Positions 48,746 to 60,945 are shown, counted from the stretch's first letter. The stretch is DNA of 64,000 bases from Candidatus Eiseniibacteriota bacterium (GCA_965224245.1 OZ245046.1:5600001-5664000), one strand, 5' to 3'. The notes: a model not told the origin generated them from the sequence alone. Translations and numbers: made by a program.

Positions 48746-50287
48746 ATGCAATCCACCTTCCCGCCGATCACGCTGACCCTGCTGGTCGCGTCGGTGGCCC
48801 TTCCGGCTCTGGCCGTGGAAGAGCTTCCCGACGGGTTCAGCGTGCAGACGCTGGCCGAGCTCTCCAATCCCGTGGGGTTCGCGTTCCTTCCCGACGGCCG
48901 GGCGCTCATCGTCGAGCAGAAGCAGGAGGCCCCCCACGAGACCGAGGGCTACGTCTACCTGTACGCGAACGGGTCCGTCACCGGGTCGCCCATCCTCGTC
49001 ATCCCCGACGTCAACGCCGTCGGCAACGAGCGGGGCCTCCTCGGGGTGGCCGTGGATCCCGGATGGCCCGATCGCCCGTACGCCTACTTCTTCTACGACC
49101 ATCTCGACGGCACCAACCGCGTGAGGATGTACGCGGCGGTGGGGGATCTGACCGACCCGTACGGCACGGCGCTCACGTTCTCGAGTCCGTACGACGTCCT
49201 GACCGACCTGCCCGACTTCCTGGAGTGGCACAACGGGGGGACGCTGCGTTTCGGTCCCGACGGCATGCTCTACGTCTCGCACGGTGACGACGCCACCGAT
49301 CAGTGCGACGACTTCCAGGACCCGTCCCGATGGCACGGCGTGATTCTCCGACTCGACGTGTCGGCGTTGCCCGGCGCGGGGAGCGGACCACCCGACAAGT
49401 CGATCATCACGCCGGCCGACAATCCGTTCGCGGGACCGGACGCGTTCGCCCGGCTCACCTTCGCCATCGGGTTTCGCAACCCGTTCCGGTTCAACGTCGA
49501 TCCGCTGACCGGCGCGCTCTACGTTGGCGACGTGGGCGAGGCCGCGTACGAGGAGCTGGACGAGTGCATCGGCGGTGAGAACTTCGGCTGGCCCGAGCGC
49601 GAGGGCGCGCACGACTACGTGCCCGGACAGCCCTGCCTGAAGGATCCGGGTGTGGACCCGATCGCCGAGATCGCGCACGACGGGGTGAATCCCTTCTCGA
49701 TCATCAGCGGCCCGCGCTACCGGCCGCGCGGTGGGGTGTTCGACCTCGACGCGGAGTACGACGGCGACGTGTTCTACCTCGAGTTCTACAGCGGCGTGAT
49801 CCGCCGGCTCACCGACGACGGTGGCGCCTGGGTCCCGGCCCCGCCGGTGCCGGGGCAGCCCGGTCCGCTCGACTGGGCCCGCGGAATCGACTGGATCACC
49901 GACCTCCAGGTGGGGCCCGACGGCGCGCTGTACTACACCCGTCTCCGGAGCCCCGCGTCCTTCGGACGCATCGTGGGGCCGCCGGTGGTCGGTGTGCCCG
50001 AGGCGCCCGCATCCGGGCTGGACGTGCACGTCGGCCCGCATCCCATCGCGCCCGGCGACGCGATCGTGCTGTCGCTGACCGCTCCCGGCGCGGCCGTGCT
50101 CGAGCTCGCGCTGTTCGACGTCGTCGGTCATCGCCTGGACGGCACGCGACGCGAGTCCGCCACCGGCAGGTTCTCGCTGGAGTGGACGCCCCGCGGCGGG
50201 CGTGCCGGGCTCAGCCCGGGGATCTACTTCCTGAGGGTCGACGCGAGCGGACGAAGGGCGATCCGGCGGCTCGTGGTCGCGCCGTAG
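48746..50287 (+). CDS. PQQ-dependent glucose/sorbosone dehydrogenase family protein with C-terminal T9SS-like domain
   Basis: ERGLLGVAVDP, HNGGTLRFGPDGMLY, GFRNPFR, DVG...EE and NFGWP motifs; tail PHP...LFDVVGH...SPGIYFLR...RRLVV. Confidence 0.9.
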   Translation: MQSTFPPITLTLLVASVALPALAVEELPDGFSVQTLAELSNPVGFAFLPDGRALIVEQKQEAPHETEGYVYLYANGSVTGSPILVIPDVNAVGNERGLLGVAVDPGWPDRPYAYFFYDHLDGTNRVRMYAAVGDLTDPYGTALTFSSPYDVLTDLPDFLEWHNGGTLRFGPDGMLYVSHGDDATDQCDDFQDPSRWHGVILRLDVSALPGAGSGPPDKSIITPADNPFAGPDAFARLTFAIGFRNPFRFNVDPLTGALYVGDVGEAAYEELDECIGGENFGWPEREGAHDYVPGQPCLKDPGVDPIAEIAHDGVNPFSIISGPRYRPRGGVFDLDAEYDGDVFYLEFYSGVIRRLTDDGGAWVPAPPVPGQPGPLDWARGIDWITDLQVGPDGALYYTRLRSPASFGRIVGPPVVGVPEAPASGLDVHVGPHPIAPGDAIVLSLTAPGAAVLELALFDVVGHRLDGTRRESATGRFSLEWTPRGGRAGLSPGIYFLRVDASGRRAIRRLVVAP

Positions 50288-50380
50288 CGCACGGCGAGCC
50301 GGCGCGCCCGATCACGCCGGCAGAGCATGCCGTCGCGCCGCGCGCGCACACCCGCCCGGGACCGCGCGTGATCGGATGGA

Positions 50381-51529
50381 TCAGAGCGTACGCACGAAGT
50401 GCAGCTGCGCCTCGATGATCGGATAGCGCGCGTCGGCCGGATCGGTGAGCGCGAGCGCGCGCTCGAACTCGGCCTCCGCCTGACGGGTCTTGCCCTGCCG
50501 CCGGAGCACCCGGGCGAGCGACTCCCGGAGGCTCGCCTCCGCATCGGGGTACGTCTCGAGCCCGCGCTCCGCCTCGACCACCGCGAGGTCCATGATGTCG
50601 GGGAGCGGGTGCCGGAACGCCAGGTACAGGAAGTCCTCGAGCTGTTCGAGAGAGGCCGGGGGGAGAAAGTGCTCGCGGAGGTGCTCCAGGGCCCGCTCCT
50701 CGCGGCCGTCCGCCATCAGCGACCACGCGCGCACATACTGAAACTTCGCGTCGCTCTCGGCATCGGGATACATGGCCGCGAAGTCGTCCAGCAGGTGGAG
50801 CGCCGTCTTGTGGTCCTTGGCCACGCGCTGGTACCCGCGGGTGATGTTGGCCCATCGGGCCTGGCGCTGCAGAACGGCCAGCGAGTCGGCGTCGATTCCC
50901 GGAAGGTCGTCGGCCTCGAGCCCGAGAATCCGCTGGTAGGCCCGCTTGGCCAGCTGGGCCTGGCCGCGCGCCACGTAGAGATCGCCGAGCGCCATCCAGT
51001 CGGCGGGCAGGTCGCGGGTCCGGGCCTCGGCCTCGGCGGCCGCGAGCGGATCGTGACCTCCGGCCGCCCGTCGGAGCTGGGCCACGTAGTCCTCGGGGTA
51101 TCCCACGATGCTCCCGAGGAGCGTCCCGGCGCGCAGCCTGCCGCCGCCGGGCGCCGGGCGAACGACGAGCGTGGTCGGGGTCCCGGAGAACTGGATGCCC
51201 TGATCGCGCAGGAGCCGGTCGCCGTCCTCGTCGTACCCGTGGATCTCGACGACCGCCCAGTCCCGCGTGAGCTCCCGGATCTCGCCGGCGTCCGGGTTCC
51301 GCAGGAGATCCCGATCGAGGCGAATGCACGGCGGACACCAGTCGGGCTGGGTGATGACGAGCATCACCAGCCGGTCGGCCTCGCCGGCCGCCGCGACGAC
51401 CTCCTCCAGCGACTGGTCCGCGAGGGACGTGAACGTGACCTGGGCCTCGGCCGCCGATGCGATGAGACCGGCCGCCACGACCGTCGCGATGGTGGACGCG
51501 ACGCCGCGCCGATGGCGAGCACTCGTCAA
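50381..51529 (-). CDS. Exported thioredoxin-like (WCPPC) protein with TPR repeats
   Basis: AAGGAGGT RBS before TTG 51529; signal peptide ending AEA; PDWCPPC, GTPT cis-Pro motif, C-terminal TPR-like helices. Confidence 0.82.
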   Translation of the reverse strand: MTSARHRRGVASTIATVVAAGLIASAAEAQVTFTSLADQSLEEVVAAAGEADRLVMLVITQPDWCPPCIRLDRDLLRNPDAGEIRELTRDWAVVEIHGYDEDGDRLLRDQGIQFSGTPTTLVVRPAPGGGRLRAGTLLGSIVGYPEDYVAQLRRAAGGHDPLAAAEAEARTRDLPADWMALGDLYVARGQAQLAKRAYQRILGLEADDLPGIDADSLAVLQRQARWANITRGYQRVAKDHKTALHLLDDFAAMYPDAESDAKFQYVRAWSLMADGREERALEHLREHFLPPASLEQLEDFLYLAFRHPLPDIMDLAVVEAERGLETYPDAEASLRESLARVLRRQGKTRQAEAEFERALALTDPADARYPIIEAQLHFVRTL

Positions 51530-52143
51530 AGATGACCTCCTTGGGCCGGGTGAGACGTCGACGGTCGTTGGACCCGAGCGACCGATTGTAGTTCCGAACG
51601 CCGATCCGTCACACCCCGACCGGCGGGACGGTTCACCTCGGCCCGGAACGGTCGTCCGCGCGGCTGTCCGGACTGTCCGCGGGGTGTCCGCGGACGCGAC
51701 GCGGCGACACCCGCGTGCCCGGCCGGAGGCGGCGGGCCGGAACGTAATTGGTTTCTTCGGAATACATTAGCCCGGAGCGAGGAGTTGGCCGGGCCGCCCC
51801 GTGAGCGTGGCACGCGAGCTGCTTGAGAAGATTACGGGGCACCGGCGCCTGCCGGGGCTCCGAGCGCGTGCCAGAGCGATGACGCGCGCGCGCGGCATCG
51901 CGTTTCTCGCCGCGGCAACCGGCGAGAGTCGATTGCCTCCAGGGCCGAGTTCGGGGCATCACGGAACGGTCCAGGCACGGGGCGGGGGCGGCGTTTTCGG
52001 GACGCCCGCCTCCGCCCTTCTTTCGTGGCGGTCGGTTCGGGCGGCGACGCCGCTCCGCCCGACACCGGTCAACCCGTGCGCGTCCGGTGTGATCGCACCG
52101 CCCGCGGTGTACCCGTCCCGCCATCATCCCGCGACGCGGTCGG

Positions 52144-52172
52144 TTGCCGCCCCCGAATCCCGGTGATAGGAT
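52144..52172 (+). promoter_or_regulatory. Putative sigma70-type promoter for gcvP
   Basis: TTGCCG, 17-bp spacer, TAGGAT with an extended -10 TG, about 110 bp upstream of the gcvP ATG. Confidence 0.5.
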
Positions 52173-52280
52173 GATCCGCTGGTAACGCCTAGTCACCGGC
52201 CCCCAAACGATTTCCGTCGCCCCCAAGGAACCCCTTGCGGTCCGTCCCTTGCTGACGACGGGCCCTCGAAGAGGCGGGAC

Positions 52281-55205
<2,925 letters not shown>

Positions 55206-55283
55206 TCACGCGCGGGACCGACACGTGCCCGGTGGGACGGCGCACTTCGCGGCTCGCCCCGTTGTCGAAGGGATGGACTCTCG

Positions 55284-56141
55284 ATGGACCAGCTGGCCGA
55301 CCTCGTGGATGTGAGGATGCTGGCGACCAGCGCACTGGCGTTCGCGCCACGAATCCTGGTCGCGTTCGCGGTTCTGTTCGGTTTCTGGTTGCTGTACCGG
55401 TTGACTCGACCGGTCGTGGCCGGGACGCTCCGCCGCAGCGGTCTCGAGAACACGTTCGTCACGCTGCTGGTGGATCGGATCTACCGGGGCGCGATGATGA
55501 TCTTCGGCGTGGTGATGGCGGCCGGCCAGGTCGGGATCGACGTTGCGGCCGCACTCGCGGGGATCGGCATCGCCGGCGTCGCGGTGGGGTTCGCGGCCCA
55601 GGACCTCCTGGCCAACATGATCGCCGGGTTCGTCATCATGTCCGACAAGCCGTTCAAGGTCGGGGACTTCATCACGGTCGACGACCAGTACGGCTCGGTC
55701 ACCGACATCACGCTCCGGTCCACGCGGATCCGGACGAATCGCAACACCTACGTCGTGCTGCCCAACCGGTCCATCATCGACACCATGCTGATCAACCACA
55801 CCAAGAACGGGGAGACCCGCGTCGACGTTCCGCTCGGGATCGCGTACAAGGAGGACATTCCGACCGCGCGAAAGGTACTGCTGGAAGCGGTGAAGGGACT
55901 GGACGGCGTGCTGGAGACACCGGCCCCCGCCGTCGCCGTCGTGGCGCTCGGCAACTCGAGCGTGGATCTCCAGGTGCGCGTCTGGATCCACGGGACGGCG
56001 AACGAGGTTCCGATCTCTTCGAACGTGCTGGAGACCTCGAAGCTCGCGCTGGACGCGGCGGGCATCCAGATTCCGTTCCCCCACCTGCAGCTGTTCGTGG
56101 ACGACGTTCAGGAACGCGTCGTCGAGAAGATCCGTCGCTGA
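55284..56141 (+). CDS. MscS family small-conductance mechanosensitive channel
   Basis: GIAGVAVGFAAQDLLANMIAG, PFKVGDFI, ITLRSTRIRT and GIQIPFP motifs. Confidence 0.93.
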   Translation: MDQLADLVDVRMLATSALAFAPRILVAFAVLFGFWLLYRLTRPVVAGTLRRSGLENTFVTLLVDRIYRGAMMIFGVVMAAGQVGIDVAAALAGIGIAGVAVGFAAQDLLANMIAGFVIMSDKPFKVGDFITVDDQYGSVTDITLRSTRIRTNRNTYVVLPNRSIIDTMLINHTKNGETRVDVPLGIAYKEDIPTARKVLLEAVKGLDGVLETPAPAVAVVALGNSSVDLQVRVWIHGTANEVPISSNVLETSKLALDAAGIQIPFPHLQLFVDDVQERVVEKIRR

Positions 56142-56145
56142 TCCG

Positions 56146-58047
56146 TCACCGGCCGGTGTGGGCCGCCCCGGCGCCCGTGCAGACGCCGGTGTCGGGACCG
56201 ATGCGCCGGCCGCACGGGCTCGCGGCGGGAAGGCACGGCGACGTCGCGGACAGCGCGTAGTCGCCCCCGGACGTCGGCGCGTCGCCGGGGGGCGCCGGTG
56301 CGCAGAAGCGCGGATCCTCGAACAGGGACGTCTCGTAGACGACGCCCTCGTCGATCGCGCCCAGGGTGTCGACGGCCGAGCACGTGAACACGGCCGACAT
56401 GCCGGACAGGTTCTCGTAGAAGACGTTCGGGGCGCCGTCGATCGCCGCGTTGTTCCAGATCACCGTGCGCTCGAGCGTCACGCGAGCGGGGTATCTCACC
56501 TCGATGCCGCCCCCGACGCCGGCGCCCAGCGTCTCGTCGAGCGCCCCGGCCCGGTTGCCCGCGATCAGGCAGGCCTCGAACGTGGCGGGGGCCGACACCG
56601 AGATTCCTCCTCCTCCGGCGCCCGATACGTTTCCCGTGAACACGCAGCGCCTGACGATGGCCTCGGATCCCGACTCGAGGCTCAGTGCGCCGCCGATGTT
56701 GTCGGTGACGTTGGCTCGGAACACACAGTCCTCGATGAGCGGCGCAGCGCCGACCTCGGCCTCCAGGGCGCCACCGGAGTAGGCGCTGAAGCAGGTCTCG
56801 AACACACAGCCGCGAATGGTGGGTGCGGTGCCCGCGAATCGGAACACGATGGCCCCCCCGGACAGCTCGTGGCGTCGCTCGACAGCGGCGCCGCCGACCG
56901 CGGTTCCCATCCAGCCGTTCCGGACCGTGAACCCCTCGACGATCGTGTCGCGTCCCTCGCCGTTCTGGAACAGGAACGCGCGGTGAGGATTGCTCGGTCC
57001 GGCGGCCGCGTCGAGAATCGTCGACGTGGGTCCGTTCTCGCTCCGGATGACCAGGTTCTTGGGCCGCGGAGTCGTCGAGCGGCTCGGGTTCAGATCGACG
57101 TTGCCCGGTCCGGTGAAGACGCCGTCGGCGACGAGAACCGTGTCGCCGGCGTTGGCCGCGTCCATGGCCGCCTGGAGCGTGGGGTACTCCGCGGGAACCC
57201 GTCGCGCGCGGGGCACCAGCGCGCGGCGGTCGCCGAACACGCTCGGCGTGTTGTCTCGCACGTCGGCCCCGAGCTCCCGATCGCCGCGCACGTCCCGCGT
57301 GGCCGGCACGAAGTCCAGGTCGATCGCATGCGGGTGCGCGAACCACTCGTTGACGTCGACGTCGAGCACCACGTCGGTCGTGTCGCCGGCCACGACGTCC
57401 AGCGGTCCGATGGGTGCGCGGACCTCGGCGTGAAACGACTCCACCGGTCCGGCTCCGTCGTCGATGCGCCCCACGAGCACGTGGAACGCGTCGAAGGGAT
57501 CCCCGCCGTCGACCCGCGTTCGGTTCTCCCCCTCGATCATCAGGTGGTGATACCCTCCGCCGAGCTCGGCCGGCCAGCGCATCGCCTCCCAGTCCGGCGT
57601 CGCGGGCCATTGACCGCCCTGCGTCGGGTCGCGGTTGTCGGACTCGCCGAGTCCCAGGGTGAACGTGAGGAAGTCGACCGATCCGGGCGGAACGGTCGCT
57701 CGGAACGTCGTGGTGGTCGGACGCGCGACGTCCACGACGACCGCCGGGGCCTCGCCCCGCCGGTCGTCGCCGAGCCCTCGGCCGCCCGGCCCTCCGTCAC
57801 CCCGATCTCCGCCGACGACGTCGAGCCGCGAGACGATGTAGCGCAGCACACTGACGCGATACGGGTTGCCGACCTCGTTCACGTACTCGGCGCCGAGCTC
57901 GAACGGTGTTCCGGCGGCCACGTGTCGCAGCGTGACCCGTAGAACTGCGTCCGAGGCCGGGGGGCCGGGCGGCGTCGGCACCGTATCCTCGGAGCAACCC
58001 TGCGCCGCCACGAGCGCGAACGCCGTCGCGGCGACCGTCCGGGGCAC
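56146..58047 (-). CDS. Lipoprotein with a degenerate MbnP-like domain fused to a right-handed parallel beta-helix domain
   Basis: Lipobox-like AAQG-C; LRYIVS, FTLGL and WEAMRWPAELGGGYHHLMIEG; then VPAEYPTLQAAMDAA..GDTVLVADG, GGAI/GGAL repeats and DPRFC...SPCLP...CG. GTG start at 58047 is inferred; the ORF is open to 58200. Confidence 0.78.
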   Translation of the reverse strand: MPRTVAATAFALVAAQGCSEDTVPTPPGPPASDAVLRVTLRHVAAGTPFELGAEYVNEVGNPYRVSVLRYIVSRLDVVGGDRGDGGPGGRGLGDDRRGEAPAVVVDVARPTTTTFRATVPPGSVDFLTFTLGLGESDNRDPTQGGQWPATPDWEAMRWPAELGGGYHHLMIEGENRTRVDGGDPFDAFHVLVGRIDDGAGPVESFHAEVRAPIGPLDVVAGDTTDVVLDVDVNEWFAHPHAIDLDFVPATRDVRGDRELGADVRDNTPSVFGDRRALVPRARRVPAEYPTLQAAMDAANAGDTVLVADGVFTGPGNVDLNPSRSTTPRPKNLVIRSENGPTSTILDAAAGPSNPHRAFLFQNGEGRDTIVEGFTVRNGWMGTAVGGAAVERRHELSGGAIVFRFAGTAPTIRGCVFETCFSAYSGGALEAEVGAAPLIEDCVFRANVTDNIGGALSLESGSEAIVRRCVFTGNVSGAGGGGISVSAPATFEACLIAGNRAGALDETLGAGVGGGIEVRYPARVTLERTVIWNNAAIDGAPNVFYENLSGMSAVFTCSAVDTLGAIDEGVVYETSLFEDPRFCAPAPPGDAPTSGGDYALSATSPCLPAASPCGRRIGPDTGVCTGAGAAHTGR

Positions 58048-58283
58048 GCGTTCGCGTCGCCGGCCGGGCCGGCGGCCACCCGGATGCGACGGAACCGGGC
58101 CGGAGTCCGTGGGGTGTGCCGAGGGCGTGGCGTCGCCCGGGACCTGCTTTGACCGGATCCCCGTCGAGTTGGTATTGTCGACGCGAACGATGTCGCGCAT
58201 TCAGCATCCCCCATGCTTCGGCTGACCTGCCCCGCGACGTGTCCACCCAGAGCCGGCCGCGGGTCGTCAAACAGGAGACATTC

Positions 58284-59840
58284 GTGATCGATCCCTCGAC
58301 GTTCCGACGTTCCGCTCTCGCATGGACGCTCGTACTCGCCATGACCGCAGGCTGCGGAGACGACGACGATCCCATGACCCCCGACGACGGTCCCGGCGCG
58401 ACCGGCTCGGCCACGGTGCGCATCGTACACGAGGTGGACGGGACCGGCTTCGCGCTGAACACACCGTACACGAACGCCACCGGCAACACCTACTCGGTGG
58501 CGAACCTCGAGTACGTCCTCTCGCGGGTCACGTTCACGAGCACCGCTGCCCGGGCGTTCGAGAGCGACGCCGCGTTCTACGTCTCGGCGGACGACACTGA
58601 TACGCACACGCTCGTCTTCGACGAGGTTCCCGCCGGCGACTACACGGCGGTGTCGTTCACGTTCGGTCTCGACGAGACCATGAACCGTGATCCCGATCAG
58701 GGCGGGACGCTGCCCCGCACGCCCGAGTGGGAGGCCATGCGCTGGCCCGCCACCTGGGGCGGCGGCTACCACTACATGAAGCTGGAAGGCACGTTCGAGA
58801 CCGACGACGCGGCCACCGAGAGCTTCGCCATGCACACGGGACGCCGGAACGCCACGTCGGACCCCACGTTCGGAACCGACCCCGCGCCCATCCCGCACTT
58901 CTTCACGGTCACGGTGCCCGGCTCGGCGTTCACCGTCGAGGACGACACGGACACCGACGTGTCGATCACGATGAACCTGAATGGGTGGTTCGAGGACCCG
59001 TACGCCTACGACCTCGACATGTACTCGCTGATGATCATGATGAACACGGCGGCCCAGAACATCCTGGAGGGGAACGGACCCAGCGTGTTCGGCGACCCCA
59101 GGAACGAGAACGCGGGCGCGCGCATCGACGTGGCGTTCGACCACGACGTGGCGGGAGCACCGCTCCTGTTCGACGCGATGGACTACACGACCGCCGAGGG
59201 CAACGACTACTCGGTGAAGACGCTTCGATACATCGTCTCGCGCGTCGAGCTGGTGAACGCGACCGGTGGCGTTGTGGCGGGTCCCCTGGTCCACTATCGC
59301 GACGCGTTCGAGGACGGGACGCGCGCGCTGTCGATCGAGCACGTACCGCCAGCATCGTACACGCAGCTCCGGATCACGTACGGGCTGGACGGCGAGCTGA
59401 ACAAGGACCCCGATCAGGGCGGAGACCTGCCCCAGACGCCCGAGTGGGAGGCCATGCGCTGGCCGACGCTCTGGGGCGGCGGCTACCACTACATGCAGCT
59501 CGAAGGTGACTTCCGGACCGAGGGCGACGACGTCGAGTCCTTTGCGACCCACACCGGCCGCCGCCACGCACAGGATGGCTGGGGCGGGCCGCCGGATCCC
59601 GAGCCCATCGAGCACTACGTGGACCTGACGTTCTCCGGCCTCGGTCTGGACGCCGCGAGCACCGACCACTGGGAGATCCGCATGGTCATGGACGTGAACC
59701 AGTGGTACGAGGACCCGATCGAGTACGATCTCGACATGTATCCACGGATGATGATGATGACCACCGCGGCGCAGGACATCCTCGAGGCGAACGCCGCGAC
59801 GGTCTTCCGCGTGGAGTCGGTCGCGGAGCTCTCGGAGTGA
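58284..59840 (+). CDS. Lipoprotein with two tandem MbnP-like domains
   Basis: AGGAG RBS before GTG 58284; lipobox TAG-C followed by DDDD. Two repeats, each with L.Y..S, (F/Y)GLD, WEAMRWP..WGGGYHYM.LEG, HTGRR and W(F/Y)EDP..YDLDMY..M.MM.TAAQ.ILE.N. Confidence 0.85.
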   Translation: MIDPSTFRRSALAWTLVLAMTAGCGDDDDPMTPDDGPGATGSATVRIVHEVDGTGFALNTPYTNATGNTYSVANLEYVLSRVTFTSTAARAFESDAAFYVSADDTDTHTLVFDEVPAGDYTAVSFTFGLDETMNRDPDQGGTLPRTPEWEAMRWPATWGGGYHYMKLEGTFETDDAATESFAMHTGRRNATSDPTFGTDPAPIPHFFTVTVPGSAFTVEDDTDTDVSITMNLNGWFEDPYAYDLDMYSLMIMMNTAAQNILEGNGPSVFGDPRNENAGARIDVAFDHDVAGAPLLFDAMDYTTAEGNDYSVKTLRYIVSRVELVNATGGVVAGPLVHYRDAFEDGTRALSIEHVPPASYTQLRITYGLDGELNKDPDQGGDLPQTPEWEAMRWPTLWGGGYHYMQLEGDFRTEGDDVESFATHTGRRHAQDGWGGPPDPEPIEHYVDLTFSGLGLDAASTDHWEIRMVMDVNQWYEDPIEYDLDMYPRMMMMTTAAQDILEANAATVFRVESVAELSE

Positions 59841-59847
59841 ACGACGC

Positions 59848-60945
59848 ATGATGCCGCGGCGCACCACGAGTACCCGATCGATCGGCGGCCTTCTCGCCGC
59901 CGTCTGCCTCGCGCTCGGCGCGTGCGCCTCGGACAAGACCACCGATCCGGATCCCCCGGCGACTGCCTGCGAGACCGACACGACGCCGATCGAGTTCACC
60001 GCCCCCGGCTTTCCGCCGATGGTGGTGCCCGAGGACAATCCCACCACGCCGGCCGGCGTCGCGCTCGGGCGGCGCCTCTTCTACGATCCCGTGCTCAGCG
60101 ACGACGGCACGCTGTCGTGCGGGGGCTGCCACCTGCCCTCGCACGCATTCGCCGACAGCGCGTCGCTCTCCCAGGGCATCACCGGCGAGACCGGCTCGCG
60201 AAACGCGCCGGCGCTGATGAACGTCGGGTGGTTCCGCGAGCTCTTCTGGGATGGTCGAGCCGGATCGCTGGAGGAGCAGATCGATGGACCCGTCACGCAC
60301 CCCAAGGAGATGGCCGCCGACTGGGACGAGGTGGTCGCCCGGGTCGCGGCCAGCGACGGCTACCTCGATTGCTTCGAGGCGACGTTCGGGGACCGGCAGA
60401 TCACGGCGGATCGGATCAAGAAGGCGATCGCCCAGTTCGAGCGCTCGTTCGTGTCGGCGAACGCTCCGTACGATCGCTGGCAGATCGGCGCCGGAGAGCT
60501 GAGCCCGGCGGCGGTTCGGGGCTGGCAGATCTTCTTCTCGGAGGTCGGGGACTGCTTCCACTGCCACGGCGTCAACGGTCTCTTCACCGACAACCGCTAC
60601 CACAACGTGGGGGTCGATTCGGTGATCGTGGACCCCGGCCTCGGCGGCATCACGGAGCGTCCCGAGCACGTGGGTCTCTTCAAGACCCCGTCGCTCCGGA
60701 ACGTCGAGCGAACGGCGCCGTACATGCACGACGGGCGGTTCCAGACCCTTCGCGAGGTCGTCGAGCACTACAACCACGGCGGCTTCCGGACGGCGACGGT
60801 GGATCCCCTGATCCGGGTGGGCGTCGGGCTCCAGCTCAGCGAGCAGCAGGTGTCCGATCTGGTCGAGTTTCTCCGGGCGCTCACCGACGACGACTTCTTC
60901 ACGAACCCCGACTACCAGGACCCGTCGGCCAGGGCGAGCGACTGA
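59848..60945 (+). CDS. Di-heme cytochrome c peroxidase-like lipoprotein (MbnH/MauG class)
   Basis: Lipobox LGA-C; LGRRLFYDP.LS, CGGCH, RNAPAL.N, LFWDGRA, CFHCH, FKTPSLRN, APYMHDG and EVVEHYN; starts 7 bp after the MbnP-like gene. Confidence 0.92.
   Translation: MMPRRTTSTRSIGGLLAAVCLALGACASDKTTDPDPPATACETDTTPIEFTAPGFPPMVVPEDNPTTPAGVALGRRLFYDPVLSDDGTLSCGGCHLPSHAFADSASLSQGITGETGSRNAPALMNVGWFRELFWDGRAGSLEEQIDGPVTHPKEMAADWDEVVARVAASDGYLDCFEATFGDRQITADRIKKAIAQFERSFVSANAPYDRWQIGAGELSPAAVRGWQIFFSEVGDCFHCHGVNGLFTDNRYHNVGVDSVIVDPGLGGITERPEHVGLFKTPSLRNVERTAPYMHDGRFQTLREVVEHYNHGGFRTATVDPLIRVGVGLQLSEQQVSDLVEFLRALTDDDFFTNPDYQDPSARASD

Noticed and set aside
46220-50131. 1303-aa minus-strand ORF and other long antisense or alternate-frame ORFs (e.g. 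66-1847, 7200-9896, 22093-24906, 23237-26143, 51633-54341)
   Set aside because: They overlap genes with clear family motifs, are Arg/Gly/Pro-rich and lack motifs; this is the shadow-ORF pattern expected in high-GC DNA.
51800-52280. Glycine riboswitch upstream of gcvP
   Set aside because: The GGAGA...CCGAAG...CTCTCAGG aptamer core could not be found.
56146-60945. Methanobactin biosynthetic gene cluster
   Set aside because: No mbnA precursor, MbnB/MbnC or MbnT receptor is in the window; only MbnP-like and MbnH-like genes.
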